NCBI GenBank assembly: GCA_048884965.1
Contig: JBHLQH010000004.1
Location: forward strand, 64,001-128,000
DNA: 64,000 bases
From: Candidatus Thorarchaeota archaeon
GTDB taxonomy: Archaea; Asgardarchaeota; Thorarchaeia; Thorarchaeales; Thorarchaeaceae
Direction: 5' to 3'
Shown: positions 20,618-30,100 of the stretch, piece by piece
Layout: the number at the start of each line of letters is the position of its first letter
Position numbering within the stretch: the stretch's first letter is position 1
Position numbers and translations under genes: made by a program
Notes under the pieces: model-generated
What the model was told of the DNA's origin: nothing
Database searches by the model: none
What the model saw: only the letters and a program-made list of their open reading frames with translations

Positions 20618-23449
20618 TTATGACCGAACATCTTCATTCTTGTATCTCTCAGGGTCGGCGTCAAACGTGTCCTTACAGTATTGCGCACAGAAATAGTACT
20701 TCTTTCCTTCGTACTCACTCACCAGAGTTGCAGTTGCCGTATCCACATCCATCTTACAGATTGGATCAATCGCCACTGGAGTTGTAGCTTCGTGTTCAGG
20801 CGTAATATCCTCATACTTCTCCGGATCAGCCTCAAAGGTATCCTTGCAATATTGTGCACAGAAGTAGTAGCGTTTGTCCTTATAGTCAGAGAAAAGCTCA
20901 GCTGTTGCGATATCAACCTTCATCTTGCAGATTGGATCTATTACAACATCTCCTTCTTGATAGGCAGCAACTGGAGTGGATGCTTTCTTGATCCCCGGGT
21001 GTTCGGGTTTGAATCGATTCAATGTCAGGGCATTTGCGACAACACTAACGCTTGAAAGAGCCATTGCAAGTCCAGCGAATTGAGGTTGTAGATAGAGTCC
21101 AGTTGAAGGAAAGAGCAATCCAGCAGCTATTGGCAAGAGAATGATATTGTATATGAGAGCCCAGAAGAATCCTTGTTTGATTTTGCTCATTGTTAGCTTC
21201 CCAAGCTGAATACCTGTGACAACGTCTTGGAGGTTATCTTTCACAAGGACTATGTCACCCGATTCAACTGAAATATCAGTACCAGAACCTAAAGCAATCC
21301 CTACATCTGCTTGTGCAAGTGCGATAGCGTCATTTACACCATCTCCAGCCATGGCCACCACTCGTTGTTCAGCTTGAAGTTTCTTGATTTGATTCGCCTT
21401 TTCATCAGGGAGCACTTCAGCTAGTACATGATCGATACCAACACTTAGTGCAATTGACTTAGCAGTGGTTTCTTTGTCACCAGTTAGCATCCAAACATCA
21501 ATGCCCATGTTCCTGAGCGACTGAACAGCTTGAATCGAGCTATCCTTTAGTTTGTCTGCTATTGCAAGTATTGCCAGAGGTTTCCCATCTCTAGCAGCAT
21601 AGACAGTTGTCTTCCCTTGCTGCTGAAGCTTATTGTCATATTCCTCAATCCCGGGGAAGTCAATAGAGTTGTCCTTCATGAGTTGTAAATTGCCAATGAG
21701 AATCTCATACCCATCTATCTTGCCTTGGACTCCTTTTCCTGTCAGGTAGATGAAACCAGTTGCTGGCACAATACTGAGAGCTTTCTCCTCAGCATAATGT
21801 ACTATCGCTTCTGCAAGAGGATGCTCGCTGTTCTTCTCAATTGAAGCGATTAGTCTGAGTGCTTCATCTTCACTTACTTCACCAAGGGTCATTATATCAG
21901 TCACAGTAGGTCTACCAATAGTCAGAGTCCCCGTCTTGTCGAAGACTATTGTATCAACGATAGGAATTGTTTCAAGACCATCTCCGGTCTTAATCAATAT
22001 ACCATGCTGAGCACCTTTTCCTATTCCAACCATGATGGCAGTAGGTGTTGCAAGACCTAGTGCACAAGGACAGGCTGCCACGAGTACAGCAATTGTGAAA
22101 TTCAAAGCGAGTGTCCAATCGGCAGCAATGCCAAAGATTGGATATGCAAAGAAGGTCCAGAACACAAAGGTCGCAATTGCAAGGAGTAAAACAATTGGCG
22201 TAAACACCTCTGCAATCGCATCAGCCTTTCTCTGAATAGGTGGTTTATTGGTCTGAGCTTCTTCAACCATCCTTACGATGTGGGAGAGGACAGTGTTTTC
22301 TCCAACATTTGTCGCGCGTATTTGCAGAACACCATACTTGTTGACTGTCCCTCCAACAACTGAGTCCCCAGATTTCTTTTCTACAGGAACAGGTTCTCCG
22401 GTTATCATGGACTCGTCTACAGATGACTTACCTTCAACCACTTGACCGTCGACGGGTACTCTATCGCCTGGTCGTACTAGGACCAAATCATCGACCTCGA
22501 CATCCTCAATGGGTACTACGGATTCTTCCCCGTTGCGAATGATAGTGGCAACTTTTGCTTGCAAGTCCATAAGCCCTCGAATTGCCCGTGAAGTGCGACC
22601 CTTTGCAATTGATTCAAGAGTCCGGCCTAGAAGAATGAAGCTGATCAACAATACAGAGGCATCATAAAAGGAGTTGTAGCCTGTTAGGACAAATGTAGTC
22701 GCAACTGAGTATCCATAGGCAGCACTCGTACCAAGCATTATTAGCGTGTCCATGTTCGTCTTGAGATGTTTTGCAGCTCTAAGTGCGGCTTTGTAGAATG
22801 GATAGCCGCCTATGAATTGTACAGGAGTTGCAAGGAGGAACATAATCAACATCCTAAGCATCTCATCAGGTATTATGGCATCTAATACAGAGAAATGAAT
22901 TAGTACAACAGGAATTGCGAGTATTGTAGAGAATATTAGCAAGAGGGAATAGAATCGGATTTCTTTCTCACGAGCTAAAGATTCCCTATCTGCTCTGACG
23001 CCTTCCGAATCTTCTGGTTCGAACCCAATGCTCTTCAGGGTCTTTCGAATAATCTTGTAAGTCACGAGCGATTCGTCGTATTCAATAAGCATTCTCTTTG
23101 ATTCTGGAAAATGCTTAACGGAAATGATACCATCAAGTGAAGTCAGCTCTTGTCCCATTCGTGTCCAATCTTCTTCCCTGGGACCGCCTTGAATGGTCAA
23201 AGCCATGACAGCTCGTTTGGGACGATACCCTGTCGACTCGATAGCTTTTTCCAAGGTATCCCGATTTACTGATGTAGGATCATATTCTATGATTGCTTTT
23301 TCATCAAGCAAGCTCACTGTCGCCTTTATCACGCCATCTTTTGATAGTAAGGTCTTTTCTATCGTTGCTACACATGATGCGCAATGCATCCCTTCAATTC
23401 GCATAGACATCCGTGAATTGCCTGTTGTGCTCTTCTCACTTTGACTCAT
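20618..23449 (-). CDS. copA: Cu(I)-exporting P1B-1 ATPase with N-terminal HMA domains and two C-terminal YHS/TRASH domains
   Basis: [40 protein letters not shown] in TM7 and MALSS in TM8; two DPICKM...YYFCAQYC repeats. Confidence 0.93.
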   Translation of the reverse strand: MSQSEKSTTGNSRMSMRIEGMHCASCVATIEKTLLSKDGVIKATVSLLDEKAIIEYDPTSVNRDTLEKAIESTGYRPKRAVMALTIQGGPREEDWTRMGQELTSLDGIISVKHFPESKRMLIEYDESLVTYKIIRKTLKSIGFEPEDSEGVRADRESLAREKEIRFYSLLLIFSTILAIPVVLIHFSVLDAIIPDEMLRMLIMFLLATPVQFIGGYPFYKAALRAAKHLKTNMDTLIMLGTSAAYGYSVATTFVLTGYNSFYDASVLLISFILLGRTLESIAKGRTSRAIRGLMDLQAKVATIIRNGEESVVPIEDVEVDDLVLVRPGDRVPVDGQVVEGKSSVDESMITGEPVPVEKKSGDSVVGGTVNKYGVLQIRATNVGENTVLSHIVRMVEEAQTNKPPIQRKADAIAEVFTPIVLLLAIATFVFWTFFAYPIFGIAADWTLALNFTIAVLVAACPCALGLATPTAIMVGIGKGAQHGILIKTGDGLETIPIVDTIVFDKTGTLTIGRPTVTDIMTLGEVSEDEALRLIASIEKNSEHPLAEAIVHYAEEKALSIVPATGFIYLTGKGVQGKIDGYEILIGNLQLMKDNSIDFPGIEEYDNKLQQQGKTTVYAARDGKPLAILAIADKLKDSSIQAVQSLRNMGIDVWMLTGDKETTAKSIALSVGIDHVLAEVLPDEKANQIKKLQAEQRVVAMAGDGVNDAIALAQADVGIALGSGTDISVESGDIVLVKDNLQDVVTGIQLGKLTMSKIKQGFFWALIYNIILLPIAAGLLFPSTGLYLQPQFAGLAMALSSVSVVANALTLNRFKPEHPGIKKASTPVAAYQEGDVVIDPICKMKVDIATAELFSDYKDKRYYFCAQYCKDTFEADPEKYEDITPEHEATTPVAIDPICKMDVDTATATLVSEYEGKKYYFCAQYCKDTFDADPERYKNEDVRS

Positions 23450-23460
23450 TCTTATCACCC

Positions 23461-23940
23461 CTAATGTTCGTGTTCCAAATAGAGATCGTTCTTATACGCC
23501 CTAGCACAATGGATACAACAAAATCCAAGCATGACTCCATCAATTTCCTCTCGATGGACTCCATCAAAGACTCTAGCGCCGCAGCTGGCACAGGTTTCCA
23601 GTGTAGGTTCCAATGCAGAAGCAGTGATTGCAGAAAACCGTTTGAAGAGACGATTTGTGAACTTCTCGCCTTTCTTTGATAGAGAGTATACGATCTTCGG
23701 TCGTCTACCTGAAGCTTCGTCCGTCTTGTTCACGATCTCAAGAGCCTCCAATCTCTGTAGGAATGGATAGAGCGTACCAGCGCTTAGAGAGATACCAGTT
23801 CGATTCTTGAAAGCACGCATGATTCCATAGCCATGGATTGGTCCTTCATGTAGAAGGAGCATTATATAGAACTGGGAGAAGTCTGATAGAATGGATGATA
23901 TCTCTCCAGACTGACTGTCTTTTGCATCGTAGAACTCCAT
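23461..23940 (-). CDS. PadR family regulator with C-terminal TRASH metal-binding domain
   Basis: HGYGIM...[13 protein letters not shown]...YSLSKKG (PadR); CASC...FCCIHC (TRASH); directly upstream of copA. Confidence 0.85.
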   Translation of the reverse strand: MEFYDAKDSQSGEISSILSDFSQFYIMLLLHEGPIHGYGIMRAFKNRTGISLSAGTLYPFLQRLEALEIVNKTDEASGRRPKIVYSLSKKGEKFTNRLFKRFSAITASALEPTLETCASCGARVFDGVHREEIDGVMLGFCCIHCARAYKNDLYLEHEH

Positions 23941-23971
23941 AACGGACTCACTTCCTATAGTATCCCGATAG

Positions 23972-24013
23972 ATATATCGGTACGGATATATTATATATCG
24001 GGGACGATATATA
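23972..24013. promoter_or_regulatory. Tandem palindromic operators upstream of PadR-TRASH/copA
   Basis: ATATATCG-gtac-GGATATAT (23972-23991) and ATATATCG-ggga-CGATATAT (23993-24012), with a 21-bp period. Confidence 0.7.
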
Positions 24014-24058
24014 TACTTACTGATGTGGTGAGAAACGATTTGTTAGTGAAGTGAGAAA

Positions 24059-24646
24059 TCACCCAATGAAGAGGTCACTTTGCTTGTCTTCATGGGCGTC
24101 TGACATCATCTTGAGAAGATCAGTGAATGTGTTCTCAATGTTGTAACCGGTCTTTGCAGAAGTCTCCTTGAAAACAGCAGGGACGCTTAGCTTCTCGATG
24201 AAATATTCAGTGAATTTCCGCCCCTCATCTGATGTAACGATCTGGGATTTAGGTCGACCCTCTCGAATGTCAGTCTTATTCCCCACAATCACTGTAGGAG
24301 GCAGAGGGCCCATATTCTTGTATGCTTCAACAAGCCATTTACTAGCATTGTCAAAGGACTCTCGGTCCACAGTTGAATAAACAAGGATTATGCCATTACA
24401 GCCGTGGTAGTAGTGTCCACGAACTTGTGCGAAGGATGGCTGACCTGCAAGATCCCAAATGATGAATTTAATTATCTCATTATCAAATAGAACGCGCTTC
24501 GTAGCTAGATCAACACCAATCGTAGCGATATGGCCTTCAATGAACTCATCCCCAAGATAGTTACGCCTGATTGATGTTTTGCCTACAGACCCATCACCGA
24601 TAAGGACAGCTTTCATTACTTTGCTACCGTCGTCCTGATCTCTCAT
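24059..24646 (-). CDS. Rab/Ras-superfamily small GTPase
   Basis: G1 GDGSVGKT, G2 ATIGVD, G3 WDLAGQ, G4 GNKTD and G5 ETSAK. Confidence 0.93.
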   Translation of the reverse strand: MRDQDDGSKVMKAVLIGDGSVGKTSIRRNYLGDEFIEGHIATIGVDLATKRVLFDNEIIKFIIWDLAGQPSFAQVRGHYYHGCNGIILVYSTVDRESFDNASKWLVEAYKNMGPLPPTVIVGNKTDIREGRPKSQIVTSDEGRKFTEYFIEKLSVPAVFKETSAKTGYNIENTFTDLLKMMSDAHEDKQSDLFIG

Positions 24647-24773
24647 CCAGCTACATCCTCAACTCTTCGGGGGAACATTGTGATTTTTCATCTCAGCAAG
24701 TACCCCTCATTACAGTAATATGAACAACTCATGCATTCATCAAAATAAGGTTAGTGCTAGTTACAAAGGCCAT

Positions 24774-26006
24774 TTAACTATTGAAGGATACAATGGCATC
24801 ATTCACCTTTTTTGCATGCTTTTTCGGGTGAATTGTACCACATCGAATAGCATGGCAATCATGAAAATGAGCGAATGACCACAACCCATCTCGCAAACGA
24901 AGAACTCCTTCCTCCGATAGGAGGTCTGGATGCTCGAGATAGAGTGAGATGAGCTCTAGTACACCATCCTTTCGGTGAACCTTAGCATCAACCCTTCCGC
25001 GAAATTCATTTTGATCAAGGACTGGCAGAACAAAGTATCCATGCTTCCGTTCTGGCTTGGGTACATAGCACTCTATCTTATAGTCAAAATCCCAGATACT
25101 CTTGGGATAATGACGCTCTCGGAGAATATTATCGAAGGGTGTTAGGATCTTAACAGGATGTTGCCCATCAGGCGAGTATTCATCCTCAAGCCGGCATAGA
25201 TGATCCTTGTGAATGAAATACCGATTCTTTTGTCCAAAGTCTACTTCTTCAATTACGTCTCCGAGCAGAGTATCGAGGTAAATCTCTATGGCACTCCGTT
25301 GATTCTTCCAAATCAGGTTTGCAGCCATTCCACCTGTGTAAAGCTTAATGTCCCTATAATCAGCGATTCCTAATGACTTGAGAATCGTTTCAACCAGAAA
25401 AAGAGGAATATCATCAAGAGCCATCGGTTCTGTATCGATTCCAGCTGGAACAACGCGTTCAGGGATATCATAGTACTTCTGGAATCCTTCTCTATGCGAA
25501 ACCATCAGTCTCCCAATGGTCATAAGATACTCTAAAGCTCGCTTCTCCTTCTTCCAATCCCACCAGCCATCACTTTGTGATGTACGCTCTCCGAGGTCTT
25601 TGCTCTTTGTAGCGCCATCTTTCTTTATTTTTCTGTAGACTTCCTCAACAACTTCCTTGTTATCTAAGCCCCATTTCACATACCATCCAGACTTTCGCTT
25701 ACTCATCATTTCCATTTTCCAAGCGTAATAAGGAAAAGACTCCATTGGCATCAGACACATGGAGTGGGACCAATACTCGAACAACTTGCCTTCTTTTTCT
25801 AGTTTCCACACATCTCCCTCTCGATAGTCAGGAAATCGATTATAGGTAATGAGATTATGACTGCGACTCACAACAGAGATTGTATCGATCTGAATATTGT
25901 GAATGCGCTTTGCAACATCAAGAACGGACTTGCTGGGAGCGTCTGTCCTCAATCCTTGTATGTCCAAAATCAGACTACGGACGTGTTCTGGAGATGCTTG
26001 AAGCAT
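24774..26006 (-). CDS. ycaQ: AlkZ/YcaQ (HTH_42) family crosslink-repair DNA glycosylase
   Basis: IQIDTISVVSRSH (QxD motif of the YcaQ type), LFEYWSH, WWDWK, LTPFDN and YKIECYVPKPERKHGYFVLPVL...GRVD. Start moved to the ATG at 26006. Confidence 0.88.
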   Translation of the reverse strand: MLQASPEHVRSLILDIQGLRTDAPSKSVLDVAKRIHNIQIDTISVVSRSHNLITYNRFPDYREGDVWKLEKEGKLFEYWSHSMCLMPMESFPYYAWKMEMMSKRKSGWYVKWGLDNKEVVEEVYRKIKKDGATKSKDLGERTSQSDGWWDWKKEKRALEYLMTIGRLMVSHREGFQKYYDIPERVVPAGIDTEPMALDDIPLFLVETILKSLGIADYRDIKLYTGGMAANLIWKNQRSAIEIYLDTLLGDVIEEVDFGQKNRYFIHKDHLCRLEDEYSPDGQHPVKILTPFDNILRERHYPKSIWDFDYKIECYVPKPERKHGYFVLPVLDQNEFRGRVDAKVHRKDGVLELISLYLEHPDLLSEEGVLRLRDGLWSFAHFHDCHAIRCGTIHPKKHAKKVNDAIVSFNS

Positions 26007-26062
26007 AAAGTTGAACGACTCAATGTCTCTTAAGTAGAGTTCTCTCAACGAAACTGAGTAGT

Positions 26063-27100
26063 CTAGAACCGCTTCTTCTTTGATTTGTAAGAAGCATAAC
26101 GAGTGCGAAGTTCTGAAGAGAACCATTCGCTTTGCTCATCAATTCTTGATAATGAGTATAACAAATCATATGAGATCCAACGACTCGCTTCTGGTCGAGT
26201 CTCGTACTCCCAAAGACCGTACTTGTTCTGTTGCTGTTGTATCCAAGAGACCAATTCATCTACTCGAGCATCAGATCGATTGGCACCAATACGCCCACAA
26301 AGGTCCAAGACTAATGCGGGATCAAAGTTCGCATGGTATGTGAGATTGCCACGATGTTGTTCGAACCCGATGATTCTAGCGGTATTGAAACCCAGAGTTC
26401 TTCGATCCCGAGTTTCTCTGGCAAGTAACAGATCTAATGCTCTCTTTGCCTCGGCACTTGTTCTTCTTTGAGGATGATAGGCTAAGCAAGTCAGAGCAAG
26501 TGTTGTATTGGTTCGGCAGCCCCATTGAGTATGAGGCATCTTTCTATACCCAGCTTGATACCCATAGACCTCGCCAATTTTGCCCGCAGGCCAAGATCCA
26601 TCATCAAGACGTTGATCCAAAAGCCATTCATACGCAATTTCAGCTCTCTCGTCAGTACTGTGACCACTCGCTGCAATCCCTAGAAGAGGGAGTGATGTTT
26701 GAAGTGGTACCATGGTGTACTGCCGCTTCGGTTCTGAGATTCCATCATATGCATGCGGGATAGGCCAAGTTCCGTTCCTCTGTTGCGCTCTGAAGATATA
26801 CTCTACACCGTTGAGAATTGTAGGATGTTCTTTTGGAAAGCCCAAATAGCCTAAGCGAAGCAGAGAAAGGGCAGTTGATCTCACTGGATTCTTCCTTTGA
26901 GCTTCAGCTCCATCCAAGTCACTCCATGAACCATCCTTGTTTTGCGACTTGATGATCGAGCTCGCTAGAGGATCATCCTCTCTCATCGCCTGAAGTTCCA
27001 GCACTTCCTCTTCGTCTTCGGAGAAGTTCAATAATCTCCGAAGTATAAGGTATCGAAGATTGGGTGAACGATCAGCAAGCAATAGAGGTATCCAAGTCAT
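26063..27100 (-). CDS. Prenyltransferase/squalene-cyclase-like (alpha/alpha barrel) repeat protein
   Basis: QW-type repeats SQNKDGSW, QQRNGTW, QRLDDGSW and QQNKYGLW; no obvious DxDD motif. Start overlaps the uvrA-like stop (ATGA). Confidence 0.7.
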   Translation of the reverse strand: MTWIPLLLADRSPNLRYLILRRLLNFSEDEEEVLELQAMREDDPLASSIIKSQNKDGSWSDLDGAEAQRKNPVRSTALSLLRLGYLGFPKEHPTILNGVEYIFRAQQRNGTWPIPHAYDGISEPKRQYTMVPLQTSLPLLGIAASGHSTDERAEIAYEWLLDQRLDDGSWPAGKIGEVYGYQAGYRKMPHTQWGCRTNTTLALTCLAYHPQRRTSAEAKRALDLLLARETRDRRTLGFNTARIIGFEQHRGNLTYHANFDPALVLDLCGRIGANRSDARVDELVSWIQQQQNKYGLWEYETRPEASRWISYDLLYSLSRIDEQSEWFSSELRTRYASYKSKKKRF

Positions 27101-30100
27101 TTCTTCACCTCCAGCAGATTTCTCAGATGGACAGCTGTTGGGGTATTACCATTAGAAACCTCCAATGGAGTACCCTGGGCAATGACATACCCTCCCTCAG
27201 GACCACCCTTCGGACCGAATTCGATGAGATGGTCACAAGCGGCCAGTAAATGTGGATGGTGCTCAATTACAACTACACCATTCCCATTATCGACCAGTCT
27301 ATTCAATACTTCAACCAAGCGTTCAACATCCTCCATATGTTGACCAACTGTGGGCTCGTCGAATATGAACAATGTGCCGGGACTTGATTTCTTTGATATT
27401 TCTTGAGCAATCTTGAGACGTTGTATCTCTCCCCCTGATAAGGTTCGGCTGGGTTGCCTGAGACCAAGGTAACCTAGTCCCACATCCAACGCCGCTCGTA
27501 ATTCATTCGATACACGAACATCATCCTTGAAAATCTCATAGACTTCTTCCAATGTCATCTCATTCAATTCCGGCAGTGAGATACCTTGGATCCGAACTTT
27601 CCAGGCTTCCTGTGAATAGCCAGTACCATTGCATATCTCACAATCAGTAAAGAGATCAGGAAGGAATCCCATCTCGATACGGATTCGACCATTTCCGTCA
27701 CATGCTGTGCAGGGCTTCGTTATCTGCTCGACATCATAGCCTAGTCCCATGGCATCCTCACTCTCTGAATATATCTTCGCTAAGGGTTTGAAAAGATCCA
27801 ACGCCTGACCGGGACTAGAGATTCCCTTTCTACCTTGATCCAGTATTATTGTTTTCTGAGGAGTGCCCTCGAGAGTATCATACTCACCCGGCTCCAGCGG
27901 TTCATAGGAAACACTTGTAGTGAATTTCTTTGGAGCAATTGCACGACCAATGGTATCAATCATGAAGGTGCTCTTTCCGGATCCAGACACCCCACAAATA
28001 CCAACGAGAACGTCTGTAGGTATCCTCACTGTCAAGTTTTTCAGATTGTTCTCTCTTGCACCACTGATGCTCATCCATGATCTTGAGATGCGGTAGTTCC
28101 TTCTGGTTGCGGGTCGCTTCTTGCCTGATAGCCAAAGTCCAGTAATTGTATCGCTCTTTCGAAGCTCAGCAAGATTTCCAGATACTAGTACCCTGCCGCC
28201 ATTTCGACCAGACCCAGGCCCGATATCAAGTAGGAAGTCAGCAGAATTGATGACATCGTGGTCGTGCTCTACAATGATAACTGAATTGCCTTCATTGGTA
28301 AGATCCTTGAGGACATCTATCAGTGCGTTCACTTCTGAAGGATGCATACCTCGAGTCGGCTCATCTAGAAGTATCGTGAGGGAAGTAAGACCACTGCCAA
28401 GTAATGACGATAGGACTAGGCGCTGAGCTTCACCAGCGGACAATGTAGAAGCAACTCGATTTATGTGAAGATATCCCAGACCGACCTTCTCTAGGAACTC
28501 CAATCTGGTCATAATCTTGCGAAGTGCAGAAACCGAAATCGGATTATCGTTGATTTCCGATGTGAGCGGAATAAGAAACTCTCGTAGGTGAGATAGTGTC
28601 ATGCTCTGCAATTCATGGATGTTATGCTTCAGAATCTTGACTTGCAGATATGTATCTCGCAATCCAGTACCTCTACAACTTTTGCACGGTTCAGTCCTTG
28701 TGTAGGTCCCTCCAAAATCCCAGTCGCTCACCCATTTGTAGAAACCAGCCCATTTTCCTTTCCCTGTTACTTCGACCTTCTTCCCTCTTCGATTTCCAAT
28801 ATAGGATATCTCCATGGGCTCTTGGTTCGGGTCCCCATACAAGAAGACATTCTTTGCTTCCGCAGACAAATCATCCCAAGGAGTCATCTTTGGATCAAAA
28901 TCATATCTTTGGCCTAGCGCCTTAAGTGCTCCTGCAGCCCAGCTTGTTGGAGTACAGAAGTATCCTTTGGGAAAGTATCCCGGAGAGTACATAGCACCAT
29001 CACAGATAGGCTTCTCTGGGTGTATGATGAGCTTCTCAGGCATAGGTACCTGTTGACTTCCTACGCCACTACAGGTTTCGCATGCTGAAGTATAGGTTCT
29101 AGAGTTGAAATCCCTTGGTTTGAAGAGAGATTGAGTGAATCCACATTTCTTGCAGACCCACTTATCCAAGCGTGAAAGTTTGGACCCACACGAGGGACAT
29201 GTTCTCGTACCTATCTGAGCGAAAAGGACGGTGAGATTCTCAGCTATCTCAGTCACCGTTCCTACCGTCGTTCGACGAGCATAGACGGACCAGTAACCAG
29301 CTCCTCGTCTTCTTCGGGAGCTGATCGACAGTGTTACTCCAAGACCTGACACACTCTCGACCGGTGCTTCAGGACCCTCACTTGTGGCATGTCGTTCGTA
29401 TACGGAGAGGGTCTCATAGAATCGTCGCTCAGCTTCCGCCTGAAGGACATCGCGGACAAGGGAACTCTTTCCTGAACCTGAGATACCAGTCACTACCGTC
29501 ATCTTCCCTTTTGGAATATCAACATCGACATCTCGAAGGTTGTTAGCAGAAGCCTTCCTAACCGAGATGCTTTCAGAAACATAATGACTCTCAAAGTCGG
29601 TCCCATCTTTTGGCTCAACTGTCTTTTCTTCTCTCAGCGCCTGGGCCGTCGGACTGTCCCTAGTATCCATAAGGTCATCAAATGGACCGGCATAGAGCAA
29701 CTGACCTCCCTTGGGACCTGCACCGGGTCCAAGGTCAACGACCCAATCAGCACTTTTGATCACATCGGTATTGTGTTCGACTACAACCAATGTAGCTCCA
29801 GCCTTGACCAATCGGTCTAGCACTTGCAAGAGCCCAGACAGATCAGCAGCATGCAAGCCAGTAGAAGGCTCATCAAGGATGATCATCTTGTCCTTCAGAG
29901 CACGCATGCCTAGATATTTCGCAAGTTTGACGCGTTGACTCTCTCCACCACTGAGAGTGGGAGAAGGTTGCCCTAGGGATAGATAACCAAGACCAATATC
30001 AACTAGTGCGTCAAGTACTCGAACCGCACTTGTCCGTTTGGCTACAGGAATTCGCGTTTCATCCTTCAATAGGTCCCTCACATCTCTAATAGAAAGTTCA

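Noticed and set aside
20618-20950. DNA direct repeats as a CRISPR or mobile-element signature
   Set aside because: They are the in-frame duplicated YHS domains of CopA.
24059-27100. Prenyltransferase-fold gene near a Rab-like GTPase as a primordial Rab prenylation system
   Set aside because: The GTPase has no C-terminal Cys, the barrel protein is coupled to uvrA, and no alpha subunit is present.
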